DNA from: Mobula hypostoma
Lineage: Eukaryota
Direction of reading: 5' to 3'
DNA: 64,000 bases
Assembly (NCBI RefSeq): GCF_963921235.1
Contig: NC_086129.1
Location: forward strand, 23,808,001 to 23,872,000
The notes beneath the pieces are model-generated. The model worked only from the letters and a program-made list of their open reading frames with translations. It was not told where the DNA came from and did no database searches. Every line of letters starts with the position of its first letter. Position 1 is the stretch's first letter. Below are positions 10,297-23,058 of this stretch, piece by piece. The position numbers and the translations under genes were made by a program.

Positions 10297-11115
10297 TTAA
10301 ATAAGTGGAATGTCAATAAATCCATCATCCTGTATGTGGCCTTCCCACTGACGATCATCTTCTTCACCCTCCATTTGGTCTGGTGATCTTCCTTTAGGTT
10401 TCACCTTCTGCTTCAACTGATCTAATTCACTTCTGAACTTTTTCTTCAGCCCTGTACTCCAAGTCTCTAACCTATTGATCAGTTTCAATCGAGACCTCCC
10501 ATTGGATAGCTGCTGTAAAGATTCTGCATTTAGTTGCTTCAGGGCCCCAGGTTCTGACTGAGGGTCCCACAGGATGGGCCAAAGGGACAGATCCTGATCA
10601 ATAGGAAGGGTAGGACTGCCACTGGCTGCAGACAGGGAGTCATTGTCTCTCCTTAAACTGAGCGGGCCACTAAAATGATCTGCCTTTCGACAGATCAGAA
10701 TGATTGGCTCAGCTGCTCTCTCAGTGCTTGCATCCATCCTGCAGATCTGTGCTTGAGTGCTGCCATTTTTTGTTGCAATTGTAAAATCTTCAGTCTCACC
10801 ACCATTTAATCCCACCACCACTTCCTTCTGATAAGTACACGTCACTGAGTACTTCCTCATTTCATTTACCTTTACATTCTTGTGACTTGTTATCACCTTC
10901 TTGTCTTGTCCTATTTGCTGTCCATATACCTGCAATCCATTTTCAGCAACTGTGTGTTCCTTGATGTTATAAAATCTCACAGTGTTTGGTGATACAATGG
11001 ATGTAAAGCTGCTCAAATCCTCTCTCTTTTGGGGCACCAACAAGCCTTTCTCAGGGGCACCTATAGGTTCTTGGTCTGAATTCAGTTGATACTGTTTATT
11101 CCATTGTTCTACCAT
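10297..11115 (-). CDS. Uncharacterised 272-aa protein (single exon or terminal coding exon), copy 1
   Basis: 819-nt ORF outside any recognisable repeat; strong Kozak context (AAGATGG); ATTAAA on - at 10275-10280 just after the stop; no family recognised. Confidence 0.6.
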   Translation of the reverse strand: MVEQWNKQYQLNSDQEPIGAPEKGLLVPQKREDLSSFTSIVSPNTVRFYNIKEHTVAENGLQVYGQQIGQDKKVITSHKNVKVNEMRKYSVTCTYQKEVVVGLNGGETEDFTIATKNGSTQAQICRMDASTERAAEPIILICRKADHFSGPLSLRRDNDSLSAASGSPTLPIDQDLSLWPILWDPQSEPGALKQLNAESLQQLSNGRSRLKLINRLETWSTGLKKKFRSELDQLKQKVKPKGRSPDQMEGEEDDRQWEGHIQDDGFIDIPLI

Positions 11116-11617
11116 CTTAATGCATTGAACTCATAACAAGTTATTTCTTCTTATCTATTGTCAGCTATTCAAGCGCCATCAAAACTTTAAATGCAGTGTA
11201 TCGTAATTTTAACAGGCTGTCTGCCAGTTGCAGAGATGAAGTAATTTTTGGGCTTTGTGATGTTGGGTATCAGTGTAACAGGTTGCAAGTTGGTGTAACA
11301 GAGTAGTCCAACATCACTCATCACATGCAGTCTGGTCAGGATTGAACACTTACAGTACTTACCTGAAGTCTGTATTTCAGGAAAAGAAAACTCGCGCTTT
11401 TCTTCACTTCAAAGCTGTCAGCAAAGTGGGAGAGAATGTTGTGTGTTCAAGACCTGGTTCAATGATTTGATCACAAAATCCATATTAGTAGTTCATCGCA
11501 GAGTGGAGGGAGTGTTGCAGTGTCGGAGATGCCATCCTTTGTATGAGGCAGTAAGCTGTGGTTCAATCACTGTTTTATGATGGGTATCAGACATTTCATG
11601 ACACTACTTAGAAGCAC

Positions 11618-11742
11618 AAAGGGTTTTGGCCCGAAACGTCGACTGTACTTTTTTGCATAGATGCTGCCTGGCCTGCTGAGTTCCTCCAGCATTTTGTGTG
11701 TGTTGCTCAGATTTCCAGCATCTGCAGACTTTTTCTTGTTTG
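11618..11742 (+). repeat. Penelope-associated short repeat, truncated hammerhead (also 40251-40375)
   Basis: AAGGGTTTTGGCCCGAAACGTCGACTG...GATGCTGCCTGGCCTGCTGAGTTCCTCCAGC; CUGANGA is missing. Confidence 0.6.
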
Positions 11743-13544
11743 ATTACAGACATCATGTTGTCCAAGATAATATTTAAATATTATCAATAAAGTATTATAC
11801 AATTGGTTTCGTTTTGTGGAATCTTGATATGTGAAAATGTGCTGTGTGTTCCCTACAATCGTGGTCACAAAGAAGTACTTAGTTGGCTGCAAGCATTTTG
11901 AGATCCTCTGAGTAAAAACAATAAAATTTGCTTTCTGAAGTAAAACTCACTACCGAGGATGAACACTTACATTATATATTAAAGATATGGGTTTATTTAC
12001 AGGTTTTCTTGTGTGGAAAATGTGGAAATATGGAAAGGATGTATTTCTGTTGTTAATTTACATGATGCAGCCAACAATGGAAGGGCAACATTTCTTACCC
12101 AGCCCTGATAACCCAAGAGAACACGGCACTGTGCATCATGCTGGAACAGCTGCAGTCCTTTTGATGAAGATACTCCCACAGTGCCACCCTGTAAACAATT
12201 CTAGGATTTGACCCCGTGATGATGGACTTGCAGTATATTTCCAAGTCAGGATAGTGTGTGAATTATCCCCATGCAGCAGCTTCCTTTGCCCTTCTTGTTG
12301 GGAAATATGGATCTGGACAAACGTGTGGTGTGGCTTGGGCTAATATAGATCCTAAACCCCACAATCAAAGTATGCCAATAGTGGAGGGAGAGAATGATTG
12401 CAGTTGTGGATAGTGTCAGGTTTCCTTGACTTTAGATGTAGTGCAGATAAAGTGATCTTGTTTACAGAGGGAGAAAGTGACAAACTAGTCAGTCTGATAC
12501 CTATAGTGTCAAATTGTTGAGAAATGTTCTGAGGGGCAGCATAAAGAGAGATACATTATTCACGATCGGTCAGCATGGAATTGTAAAGTGCAGCTGTGTC
12601 TGATCAAGAATTGAATTTCTAGTGGATGCTCATGAGGACAGAGCAGTTCTATAGTACATGGTTTTTAACAAAGCACTTGACAAAGCCACAATGGCAGATT
12701 GATCATGCAGGCAAAAGCCAGGTAAGACTGTAGTCGGTTGGAATCCAGTGGTAAGTACAGTACTTCACCCGCTGGCAGCAAATATCTCACTTAGAAAGAT
12801 GACTGTTAATGTTGGAAGTCAGTTATCCTACGCCTGGTAAAATTCAATAGAGCAGTATCCTAAACCCAGAAAATATACACCAGGTTTATCAGTGGCCTCG
12901 CCTTCTAACATTTGACTTGGCGATGTTCACTGATGATTCAACTCAGTTCCATTGAAAAGTCTCAGCAAATGTTGTATTCATGCCTGCGTATAACATTCTG
13001 ATGGTGTTCTTTTCTTGTATAAACTCCAATTTTTCTAGCATGTTTATATTGTTCAATATTTCAAGCATTTGGAAGGGATTCTTTCAAGAAAACATGACTT
13101 GGAAAATAGGAGAGCAGAATCCAGGCCATATGCATAGTCTCCATTTTGATAGGAACTCAACTGGTTGATATTCATTGTTATTGAATAGCAAGTCTATCTG
13201 GGACTATAGAGCAATGCTGAAATTATCTCCAGGAGATGTGTCAGTGGACTGAACAAGCAGCAATATGGGATCTCTCTATCTCTTTCCACTTGTAAGCATC
13301 TTGTTGAAGATGTTATTAACAAAAAACCGAACCTCAGATGGAGGCAAAGCTGGTGAAACACATGGTTAATTTAAGAGAGTCTTATTTTGGGGATTGCTGC
13401 TATAATCTTCTGATGCCACAGCTGAAATGAGATGAAACACGTTACAACATGGCCAGATTTTTCCTTGTGCAGTTTTAGAGCCATAGAGTACTACAGCACA
13501 GAAACAGGCCCTTCGGCCTATCTAGTCCATGCTGACCTGATCTT

Positions 13545-15357
13545 TTTAAAAGAAGGATGTTGGCAAAAGACGGGGAACTATAGGCTAGTTACTTAACACC
13601 TGTAGTCGGGAAAATACTTGAAGCTGTTAAGGAAGAAATAGCGAAACATTTAGAAAGGAGTGGTTCCATTAGACAGACACAGCATGGAATCAGAAAGGGC
13701 AGGTCCTGTTTGACAAACTTACTGGAGTTCTTTGAGGATATAATGAGTGCAGTGGATAGAGGGGAACGGGTGGATGTTGTATGCCTGGATTTCCAGAAGG
13801 CATTCGATATGGTGCCGCACAAGAGACTTATAGATAAGATACGGATGCATGGAGTCGGAAGAAGTGTATTGGCATGGATAGTGGATTGGTTAACCAATAG
13901 AAGGCAGAGAGTTGGTACAAATGGGTGTTTCTTTGGTTGGCAGTCAGTGGTGAGTGGGGTGCCGCAGGGGTCGGTGCTGGGCCCGCAGCTGTTTACCATT
14001 TATATTGATGATTTGGAAGAGGGGACTGAGTGTAGCGTAGCAAAATTTGCTGATGACACTAAACTGAGTGGAAAAGTACAGAGGATGTGGAGAGTCTGCA
14101 GAGGGATATAGATAGGTTAAGTGAGTGGGCCAAGGTCTGGCAGATGGAAGACAACGTTGGTAAGTTTGAGATCATCTACTTTGGAAGAATAATAGAAGAG
14201 CAGATTATTATTTAAACGGTGAAAAATTGCAGCATGCTGTTGTGAAGAGGGACTTGGGAGTGCTTATGCATGAATTGCGAAAAGTTGGCTTACAGGTGCA
14301 ACAGGTTATTAAGAAGGCACTGGTGAGGCCGCACCTGGAGTACTGTGTGCAGTTCTGGTCTCCATACTTGAGGAAGGATATATTGGCTTTGGAGGCAGTG
14401 TAGAGGACGTTCACCAGGTTGATTCCAGAGATGAAGGGGTTAATCTATGAGGAGAGATTGAGTCACCTGGGACTATACTCTCTGGAATTCAGAAGAATGA
14501 GAGGGGATCTTATAGAAACATACAGAATTTTGAAAGGGATAGATAAGATACAAGTAGGAAAGTTGCTTCCACTTTAGAAGAATTAATAAAGGCATAGATT
14601 ATTTTCTAAACCAGGAGAAAATTAAAATATCTGAGGTGCAAAGGGACTTGGGAGTCCTCGTGTAGGACTCTCTAAAGGTTAACTTGCAGGTTGGTTCAGC
14701 GGTAAGGAAGGAAAAATGCAATGTTAGCATTCATTTCAAGAGGACTAGAATATAAAAGCAAGGATGTGATGCTGAGGCTTTGCAAGGCATTGGTCTGACT
14801 GCACTTGGAGTATCGTGAGCAGTTCAGGGTCCCTTATCTCAAAAAACATGTACTGGCATTCGAGAGGATCCAGAGGACATTCATTAGAATGATCCTTGGA
14901 AAGAAGGGGTTAACATATGAGGAGTGTTTCATGGCTCTGAACCTGTACTCTCTGAAGTCTATAAGCCTGGGGGATCTCAGAGAAACCAACTGAATATTGA
15001 AAGGCTAAGATAGAGTGGATTTTGGAGAGGATGTTTCCTACAGCAGGGAATCTAGGACCAGAGGCCACAGCTTGGAATACAAAGACGTCCCTTTAGAACA
15101 GAGATGAGGAGGAATTTATTTAGCCAGAGGGTGGTGAACCTGTGGAATTTATTGCCCAGATGGCTGTGGAGGCCAGGTCATCGAGTATATTTAAGGTGGA
15201 GGTTGACAGGTTCTTGATTAGTCAGGGCATCAAAGGTTTCAGGGAGAAGGCAAGAGAATGGGGTTGAGAGGGATAGTAAATCAGCCATGAGTGAATGGCC
15301 AAGTAGACTCAATGGGCCAAATAGCCTAATCCTGCTCCTGTACCTTATGGTCTTATG
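13545..15357 (+). mobile_element. Two adjacent CR1 fragments (also ~42178-43990)
   Basis: [29 protein letters not shown]; second fragment from ~14570 ends in a CTTATGGTCTTATGG tail. Confidence 0.88.
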
Positions 15358-15739
15358 GACAGTGAACTGTCGGGCACTGAAGAGTGAAGTAGAACAAAGG
15401 GATCTGGGAATACAGATCCTGGATAGTTTATATAGATTTTGGGATTGATTCCCAGATGAAGGAATTGTAGGCAAGAGATGCTCAACTTGTCACTGGTTTG
15501 CATTATCATCAACTATTTACCCATCTGACAATATTACATAATACCCTTACCACTGGATATGACAGCAGAATCTGAAAACAAGAAGGAAATCATTGAATTA
15601 GTTACTTGCAGCAAACTAATATTACAAAAGGATTCCATCTGTGTCAAATTGAAAAGCATTTAGAATGTGTTCTTTGATGACCCATCAAACTTAATGACAT
15701 CTTCTGGAATTTCCCGATCTAACTTTATATGGAGAGGTA

Positions 15740-17290
15740 CATAGAACATAGAACAGTACAATACAGGAACAGGCCTTTCAGCCCTCAATATTGTGTGGAA
15801 TTTAATTACCAATTTAATGGCCAACTAAACTAATCCCTACTGCCTACACAATGTCTTTCTCCTTCCATTACTCTCTCATTTATGTGCCTATCTAATTGTC
15901 TGTTAATAATCCCTAATGATTCTGCCTCTACATCCACCCCAGGCACCAACCACTCTTTGCACTCTCTCCGAAGTTTCAACGTGCTTCCATTAATGGGACG
16001 AACAGAACTGTATGTAATACTCCGTATGAGGCCAAACGAGACATTTATAAAGCTGCAACATACCTTCCTGGGTTTTGAAATCAATGCCTCAACTAATAAA
16101 TACAAGCCTATGTAGTCAATTTCAGGGAGCTATGAACTTGGACCCCAAGATCGCTCTGTTCACCAATACTTTTGAGGGTCCCTTAACAGTTACATTTGAC
16201 CTATTAAGGTGCAAAATTTCACATTTGGCTGGGTTAAACTCCATTTGCCATTTATCCGCCCAAATCCACGGCACCACCAATCTTCGTATCATCTGCAAAT
16301 TTATCAACCCACCCATCTATATTTTCATCCAGCTCATTTCTATACATGACAAACACCAGGTTCTAGTATAGATCCCAGCGGAACAGCATTAATCACAGAC
16401 CTCCAGGCAGAATAAGTCCCTTCAACCACAACCCTCTGTCTTCTATGAGCAAGACAGTTCCACATCCAAAAGGCCAATTCACCACTGATCCCATGCATCT
16501 TAACCTTCTGGAAGAGCCTCCCATTAGGGAGCTTGTCAAATGCTTCACTAAAGTCCATGTAGATAACATCAACATCTTCATCAATCACCCTCGTCATCTC
16601 ATCAAAAAACTCAAACAAGTTAGTAAGACAATGCTGGTACTCTCTAATTAGGCCATGGTTTTCCAAATGGTCATAAATCCTATCCTGAAGAATTTTCTCC
16701 AGTAACTTCCCTGCCACTGATGTAAGACTCATCAGTCTATAGTTTCCAGGATTATCCCTGGTTGGACATGCAGTCAAACAGTCTCATCGCTTGCCTCTCT
16801 CAATAACCTGGGCTACATCCCATCAGGTCCTGCAGATTTATCCAATGCAATTCCCTTTAAGAGATCTAATACTACCACCTCCCTTACCTCGAAATGCTCC
16901 TGGCATATTAATACTCTCAACACTGACCTCCCTATCCTCCACTCATTAATGACCTCACCCACGTCCGCCACATCTAAGAATAAAGATCCTTAAGAATCCT
17001 ACCCTCTCTATAGTTAACTCCTTGCATTTGATGTAGGTGTAGAATGCCTTGGGATTCTCTTTAATCCTACTTGCCGAAGTCATTTCATGGCACTTCCTGG
17101 TTTTCCTAATTCCCCTCTAAGAGTTTTTTTCCTGGCTTCTTTATATTCCTTAAGGGCTCTGTTTGATTCTAGCTTCCTAAGCATTACTTACTTTCCCTTT
17201 TCTTTCTTGAATAAATTCATTATCTCCCTCAACATCCGAGGTTCTCTTACCTTGCCATCCTTGTCCTTCCTTCTGACTGGAACATATGTG
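15740..17290 (-). mobile_element. Decayed CR1 (also ~44373-45923)
   Basis: NPGNYRLMSLTSVAGKLLE, CLTNLFEFF, WADKWQMEFN; CATAGAACATAGAAC tail. Confidence 0.82.
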
Positions 17291-17894
17291 TACTCTACTC
17301 TTGACAGGTATATTTATATCCATCAAATTCTTTCTTATCTGAAGTCCTTTAAATACCAGTGTTGCAAAGACTCAAAACTGAGCTTCTGTTGCCTTTGCCT
17401 TTAACTATCTTGCAACCGTAACTGCACAGCTTTCTCGCCAGGATATAAGGAGGTAATCATTGACAATATATCATAAATCTCAATGATAATCCTGAATGTC
17501 AGAATGAACCTAACGTTGGTCCTTGTGAACTCAAACGCTGCTTTACTTTTTCACTAAACTGTCAAATGCAAATTTCATTCAAAGACATACGAACAGCACA
17601 AAATTACAGTTTCTAAGCTCTTTTTGTCAAGAATAGCTTTTTCTTAAACAATTGTCTACTGCCAAACTAACACTGATGTAATAAATAGATGCTATATTAT
17701 AAAGTCATAAAGCACTGTCTATGCTGACCATCAACAATCCATTTTACGTGAATCCCATTTTTTATTCACTTGATTCTCTCACCAACTCCCCCCACCCTCA
17801 CAGATCCTACCACTCAACTACACACGTTATCCCACCAACCTGTATGTGTTTGGTATGCAGGAGGAAACCAGATCACCATGAGGAGACTATTTAA

Positions 17895-19086
17895 ACCATA
17901 TGACCATAAGACACAGGAGCAGAAGGAGGCAGCTTGGTATATCGAGTCTGCTCTGCTATTCAGTCAAGGCTGATCCTTTTTTACCCCTCCTCAGCCCCAC
18001 TCCCCAGCCTTCTCCCCGTAGCCTTTGATGCCATGGCCAATGAAGAACCTATCAATCTCTGCCTTAAATACACCCAACGACCTGGCCTCCACAGCTGCCT
18101 GTGATAACAAATTCCACAAATTCACCACCCTCTGACTAAAAAAATTTCTCTGCATCTCCGTTTTAAATGGATGCCCCTCTATCCTGAGGCGGTGCCCTCT
18201 TGTCCTAGACTCCACCACCATGGGAAACATCTTTTCCACATCTACTCTGTCTAGGCCTTTCAACATTCAAAAGGTTTCGATGAGAACCCCCCTCGTCCCT
18301 CTAATTTCCAGCGAGTACAGGCCCAGAGTCATCAAATATTCCTCAAATGATAACCTTTTCATTTCCAGAATCATCCTTGTGAACCTCCTCTGCATCCTCT
18401 CTAATGCTAGAACATCTTTTCTTAGATAAGCAGCCCAAAACTATTCACAATACTCAAGGCGAGGTTTCACCAGTGCCTTATAAAGCCTCAGCATCACATC
18501 TCTGCTCTTATATTCAAGACCTCTTGAAATGAGTGCTAACTTGGCATTTGCTTTCCTCACCACTGACTCAATTTGCAAGTTAACCTTTAGGGTGTTCTGC
18601 ACAAGGACTTTCAAGTCCCTCTGCATCTCAGATTTTTGAATTTTCTCCCTGTTTAAAAAATAGTCTGCACATTTATTTCTTCTACTAAAGTGTATGACCA
18701 TACATTTTCCAGCATTGCATTTCATTTGCCACTTTCTTGCCCATTTTCCTAATCTGCCTAAGTCCTTCTGCAGCCTTCCTGTTTCGTCAAAAACTACCTG
18801 CCCCTCCACCAATCTTCATATCATCTGCAAACTTGGCAACAAAGCCATCTATTCCATCATCTATATCATTTATATACAGCATAAGAAGAAGCGGTCCCAA
18901 CAGCGACCCCTGCGGAACACCACCAGTCACTGGCAGCCAACCAGAAAAACATCCTTTTATTCCCAGTCGCTGCCTCCTACCAATCAGGCAATGCTCTAAC
19001 CATGTTAGTAACTTTCCTGTAATACCAATGGCTCTTAACTTGGTAAGCAGCCTCATGTGTGGCACCTTGTCAAAGGCCTTCTGAAA
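17895..19086 (-). mobile_element. CR1 RT and 3' end (also ~46530-47724)
   Basis: DFQKAFDKVPH, GVPQGSLLGP, KFADDMKIGG, RNFFSQRVVNLWN. Confidence 0.88.
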
Positions 19087-19900
19087 GTCTGGGCCCATTG
19101 TTGTTTGTCATCTGGATGATAATGTGGTAAATTGGATCAGCAAATTTGTGGATGACATTAAGATCAGGGCGTAATGGACAGCGAAGAAGGCTAACAAAGT
19201 TTGCAATGGGATCTGGACAACACGAAAAATGGGCTGAAAAATGGCAGGTACAATTTAATGCAGACAAGCCTTGATGTGTTGCACTAAGGATTGTGGTAGA
19301 ACAGAAGGATATGGGAATACAGATTCATAATTCCTTGTAAGTGGTGTCACAGGCAGATAAGGTCACAAAGAGAGCTTTTGGTACATAGACCTTTAAAGTC
19401 AAAGTATTGAGGACAAGAGTTGGGATGTTGTGTTGAAATTAGAGAAGACATTGGCGAGGCCAAAGTGGAGTTATAGTCACCTACTGTACCTACAGGAAAG
19501 ATCCAAAAGATTGAAAAAGTACAGGGAAAATTTAAAGGATATTGCCGGAACTTGAGGACCTGAGTTATAGGAACAGATTAAACAGGTTAGGACTTTGTTC
19601 CCTGGAGTTAGGAAAATGAGGGGTATAGATAGGTTGAGACTAGATCTAAAGGTTAAGGGTGAAAAGTGAAAAGTTTAAGGGAACATGAGGGGAAACTTCT
19701 TCACTCAGAAGGTGGTGTGAGTGTGGAAGAAGTTGCCAGCAGAGACACTGGTCAGAACATTTAAGAGAAATTTGGATAAATACGTGGATGGGAGTGGCAT
19801 GGATGGCTATGGTCCAGGTGAGAGTTGATGGGACTAGGCAAGATCACAGTTGGGCACAGACTAAATGGGCCGAAAGGCTTGTTTCTGTGATTAGTCCTCT
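19087..19900 (+). mobile_element. Decayed CR1 fragment (also ~47725-48535)
   Basis: CR1-like RT end and 3' UTR (ATGGGCCGAAAGGCTTGTTTCTGTG). Confidence 0.7.
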
Positions 19901-20469
19901 ATCACTGAGTCTAAGATGACTCCCCAGACTCTGCAGCGGTAGTGTGAACTCCTTTAACCAATGACAAAGCAGGCCTTAACCTTCGAACTGATGACACCAG
20001 CACCCATGAATGTTTAATGCAAGGTGGAAGTAAAAGACCATTGTATGCTGCTTGGTATTACTAAACATAATCTGTAGTCTTCATGTTCCAACGGCTCTTA
20101 CACTTAATATGACAATTAGAAGTTTGCCTTCAAGTCATTAAAGTCACATTGCATGGTATTCCAGGAAAACAGAGACTGGATATTACATATCTGTCTGTCT
20201 TTCAGAGTCAAGCATGTGGAACAGCTTGGCGAACTGGTACTTGGGAGTAATATTCCTGATTAAACCTATTATACTTGCAGATAGTTGATAGCTCCTCAGT
20301 GCATACAATATTATCTCTGGGTTATCACTACAAATTTCACAGCTTCATTTTAAATCATTACCTTGTGATAAGGCATTGTTTGAGGAACAGATGGAAACTG
20401 CAAACAGAAGGAAATTATTAAGGAGAGCACCAATGGTGAGTTAAAACTAGTGACCAGGAATGATTCCAA

Positions 20470-21035
20470 TTTTTGGCTAAGTATCATGAACACAATCCCT
20501 GCTTATCTGTTGAAATGATTGAGACATCGAGGTGAATGCCAAATGCGAGCGAGAGTTTACCGCCAACCGCCTTCCTTTTGATTGCTGCTGAGAAGGTGTA
20601 TGCGACTGGCCTGTCGCTGTATGGTTCACTGCCGCTGGTGGGTAGGGCTTTGTGTTTGAGTGGTTTCTCTCTCTTTGTTGACAAAGGAAGATGTTACTGT
20701 GGTTCTGTGTTATGGATTGGACTATTGTGTTTATGGACTGAGGACTTTCTCAGTAATATGGTTTTCATATTCTGTGTTTTTCGCCCATTTCTTTTCATAT
20801 TTTTGTGTGAATGAAAAGGGTGTGGGGGGTCGATATTAGTGTTCCGTTTTGTGTGGGGGAAGGGGAGTTTGGGGGCTGATAGTGTTCCTTTTTGTGCGGG
20901 TGTGGGTTTTGATGTTTCTCTTTGAATGACTTTCCTGTTGTTTGTTTCGTGGCTATCTGGAGAAGATAAAACTCAGAGTTGTGTATAGACACATGCTTTG
21001 ATAATAAATGAACCTTCGACCTTTGACCTTTGAAA
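20470..21035 (+). repeat. Unclassified interspersed repeat with LINE-type tail (also ~49107-49661)
   Basis: Ends CTCAGAGTTGTG..GATAATAAATGAACCTTCGACCTTTGACCTTTGAA, similar to the Rex1 tail at ~59215-59283. Confidence 0.5.
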
Positions 21036-21559
21036 CTGTAACTATTATCATCTTACAAGTTATTTAATTTTAATGCTAATAAGCCCTCAGAATATTACCT
21101 GGCCTTAAAATAGTAATTTACCTGCAAATTTCTCAATTAACTGACCTGTTACTCAATCATTATAAATTACCTTGATCTTTTCCATACTTCCAATTACAAT
21201 TGCTGCATTACATCTGGTCAGATGATATATTGTGTACTTTCTGTTCTCTTGTGGTTGCCACAATGTAAAGGAGTGTGTGAATAAACCATTAATCTGCAGT
21301 GTAAAGATTGGAGATTGTGTATTTAAACTTTAGAAATGAGGTAGAATAGTATTGAGAAAAGAGAACGAATACGAAGGAAGTGAAAATTGGGAAAATGTGT
21401 AATGGACATGTAGATCAGAATACACCATATTGTGACCTCAGAGCTTACCCTTACAATATAAACACGTCCAGGGCTTCACTTCCACTATCTTACGCCAGCT
21501 GAACCACAAAGTAAATAAAATGCAGATAGCTGGGTTACGTTCCTAGCTTGGTATGAGAT

Positions 21560-22693
21560 AAATGTTCAAAGGTCAGAGGGGTTAATTCGGAAGGCACAAG
21601 ATAGATAGGTCCCAAAGGTGAAGAAGTATTCTAAAGGGAGTATAGGGCAATGGTGGATAACTGGAGAAATCAAAGACAGCATAAAATCAAAAGAAAGGAC
21701 GTATAATACAGCAAAAATCTGTGGAAAGCAAGATGATTGGGAGGCTTTTAAAAACACGAGGGCAACTAAAAAAAAGCCATAAAGAGAGAAAAGATGGAAT
21801 ATGAAGGTAAGCTAGCCAATAATATAAAAGAGGATATCAAAAGTTTTTTTCAGATATACAGTATAAAGAGTAAAAGAGAGGTGAGAATGGATATCGTACC
21901 ACTGGAAAATGCCGCTCGAGGTAGTAATGGGGGAACAAAAAATGGCAGATGAGCTGAATAATTAGTTTGCAACAGTGTTCACTGTGGCAGACACAAGCTG
22001 TATGCCAGAAATTCGAGTGTCGGGGCAGAAGTGAGTGCAGTTGCAATTACTAGGGTGAAGTTATGTGGGAAGCTGAAATGTCTGAAGGTCACTGGTCATC
22101 TGGACCAAATGGTGTACACCCCAGGGTCCTGAAAGAGGTGGCTGAACAGATTCTGGGGGCATTAGCAATGATCTTTCAAGAATCACTAGATTCTAGAATG
22201 GTTGCAGAGGATTGGAAAATTGCAAATGTCACTCCACTCTTTAAGAAGGGAGGGAGACAGAAGAAAGGAAATGATAAACCAGTTGACCTGACTTCAATGG
22301 TTGGGAAGATGTTGGAATCCATTATTAAGGATGAAGTTTTGGGGTACTTGGAGGTACTTGATAAAATGAGCCCAAGACAGAATGGTTTCCTCAATGGGAA
22401 ATCTTGCCTGACAAATCTGTTGGAATTCTTTAAGGAAGTAACAGGCAGGAAAGACAAAGGACAGTCAGTGAATGTTAACAACAGGAATTCTGCAGATGCT
22501 GGAAATTCAAGCAACACACATCAAAGTTGCTGGTGAACGCAGCAGGCCAAGCAGCATCTGTTGGAGGAGGTGCAGTCGACGTTTCAGGCCGAGACCCTTC
22601 GTCAGTGAATGTTGTTTACTTGGATTTTCAGAAGGCCTTGACAAGGTGCCACATATCAGGCTGCTTCGCAAAATGAGAGCCCATGGTATTACA
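21560..22693 (+). mobile_element. CR1 LINE, 5' portion (continues at 29392)
   Basis: [46 protein letters not shown]. Confidence 0.85.
22477..22605 (-). mobile_element. Short Penelope-terminal-repeat-derived insertion with hammerhead core, inside a CR1
   Basis: Closely similar to 50651-50744; 13-bp direct repeat GTCAGTGAATGTT at 22464-22476/22601-22613; core CUGACGA..GAAACGUC present but the 5' strand of stem I is lost. Confidence 0.7.
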
Positions 22694-23058
22694 ATCAGAA
22701 TCAGAATCAGAATCATGTTTAATATCACCATCATATGTTGTGAAATTTGTTAGCTTAGCAGCAGCAGTACATGATAGTATAGAAAAAAATCTGTGAATTA
22801 CAGGAACTCTCTATATACAAATAGTTAAATTAAAATAATGCAAAAACAGAAATAATATAAAAAAGTGAGGTAGTGTTCATGGGTTCAGTGTTCATTTAGG
22901 AATCGGTTGGCAGAAGGGAAGAAGCTGTTCCTGAACCGCTGAGTGTGTGCCTTCAGGCCTCTGTAACTCCTTCTTGATGGTAACAGTGAGAAGAGGGCAT
23001 GTCCTGGTTGATGGTGGTCTTTGTCAATGCACGCTGCCTTTCTGAGGCAACACTGCTT

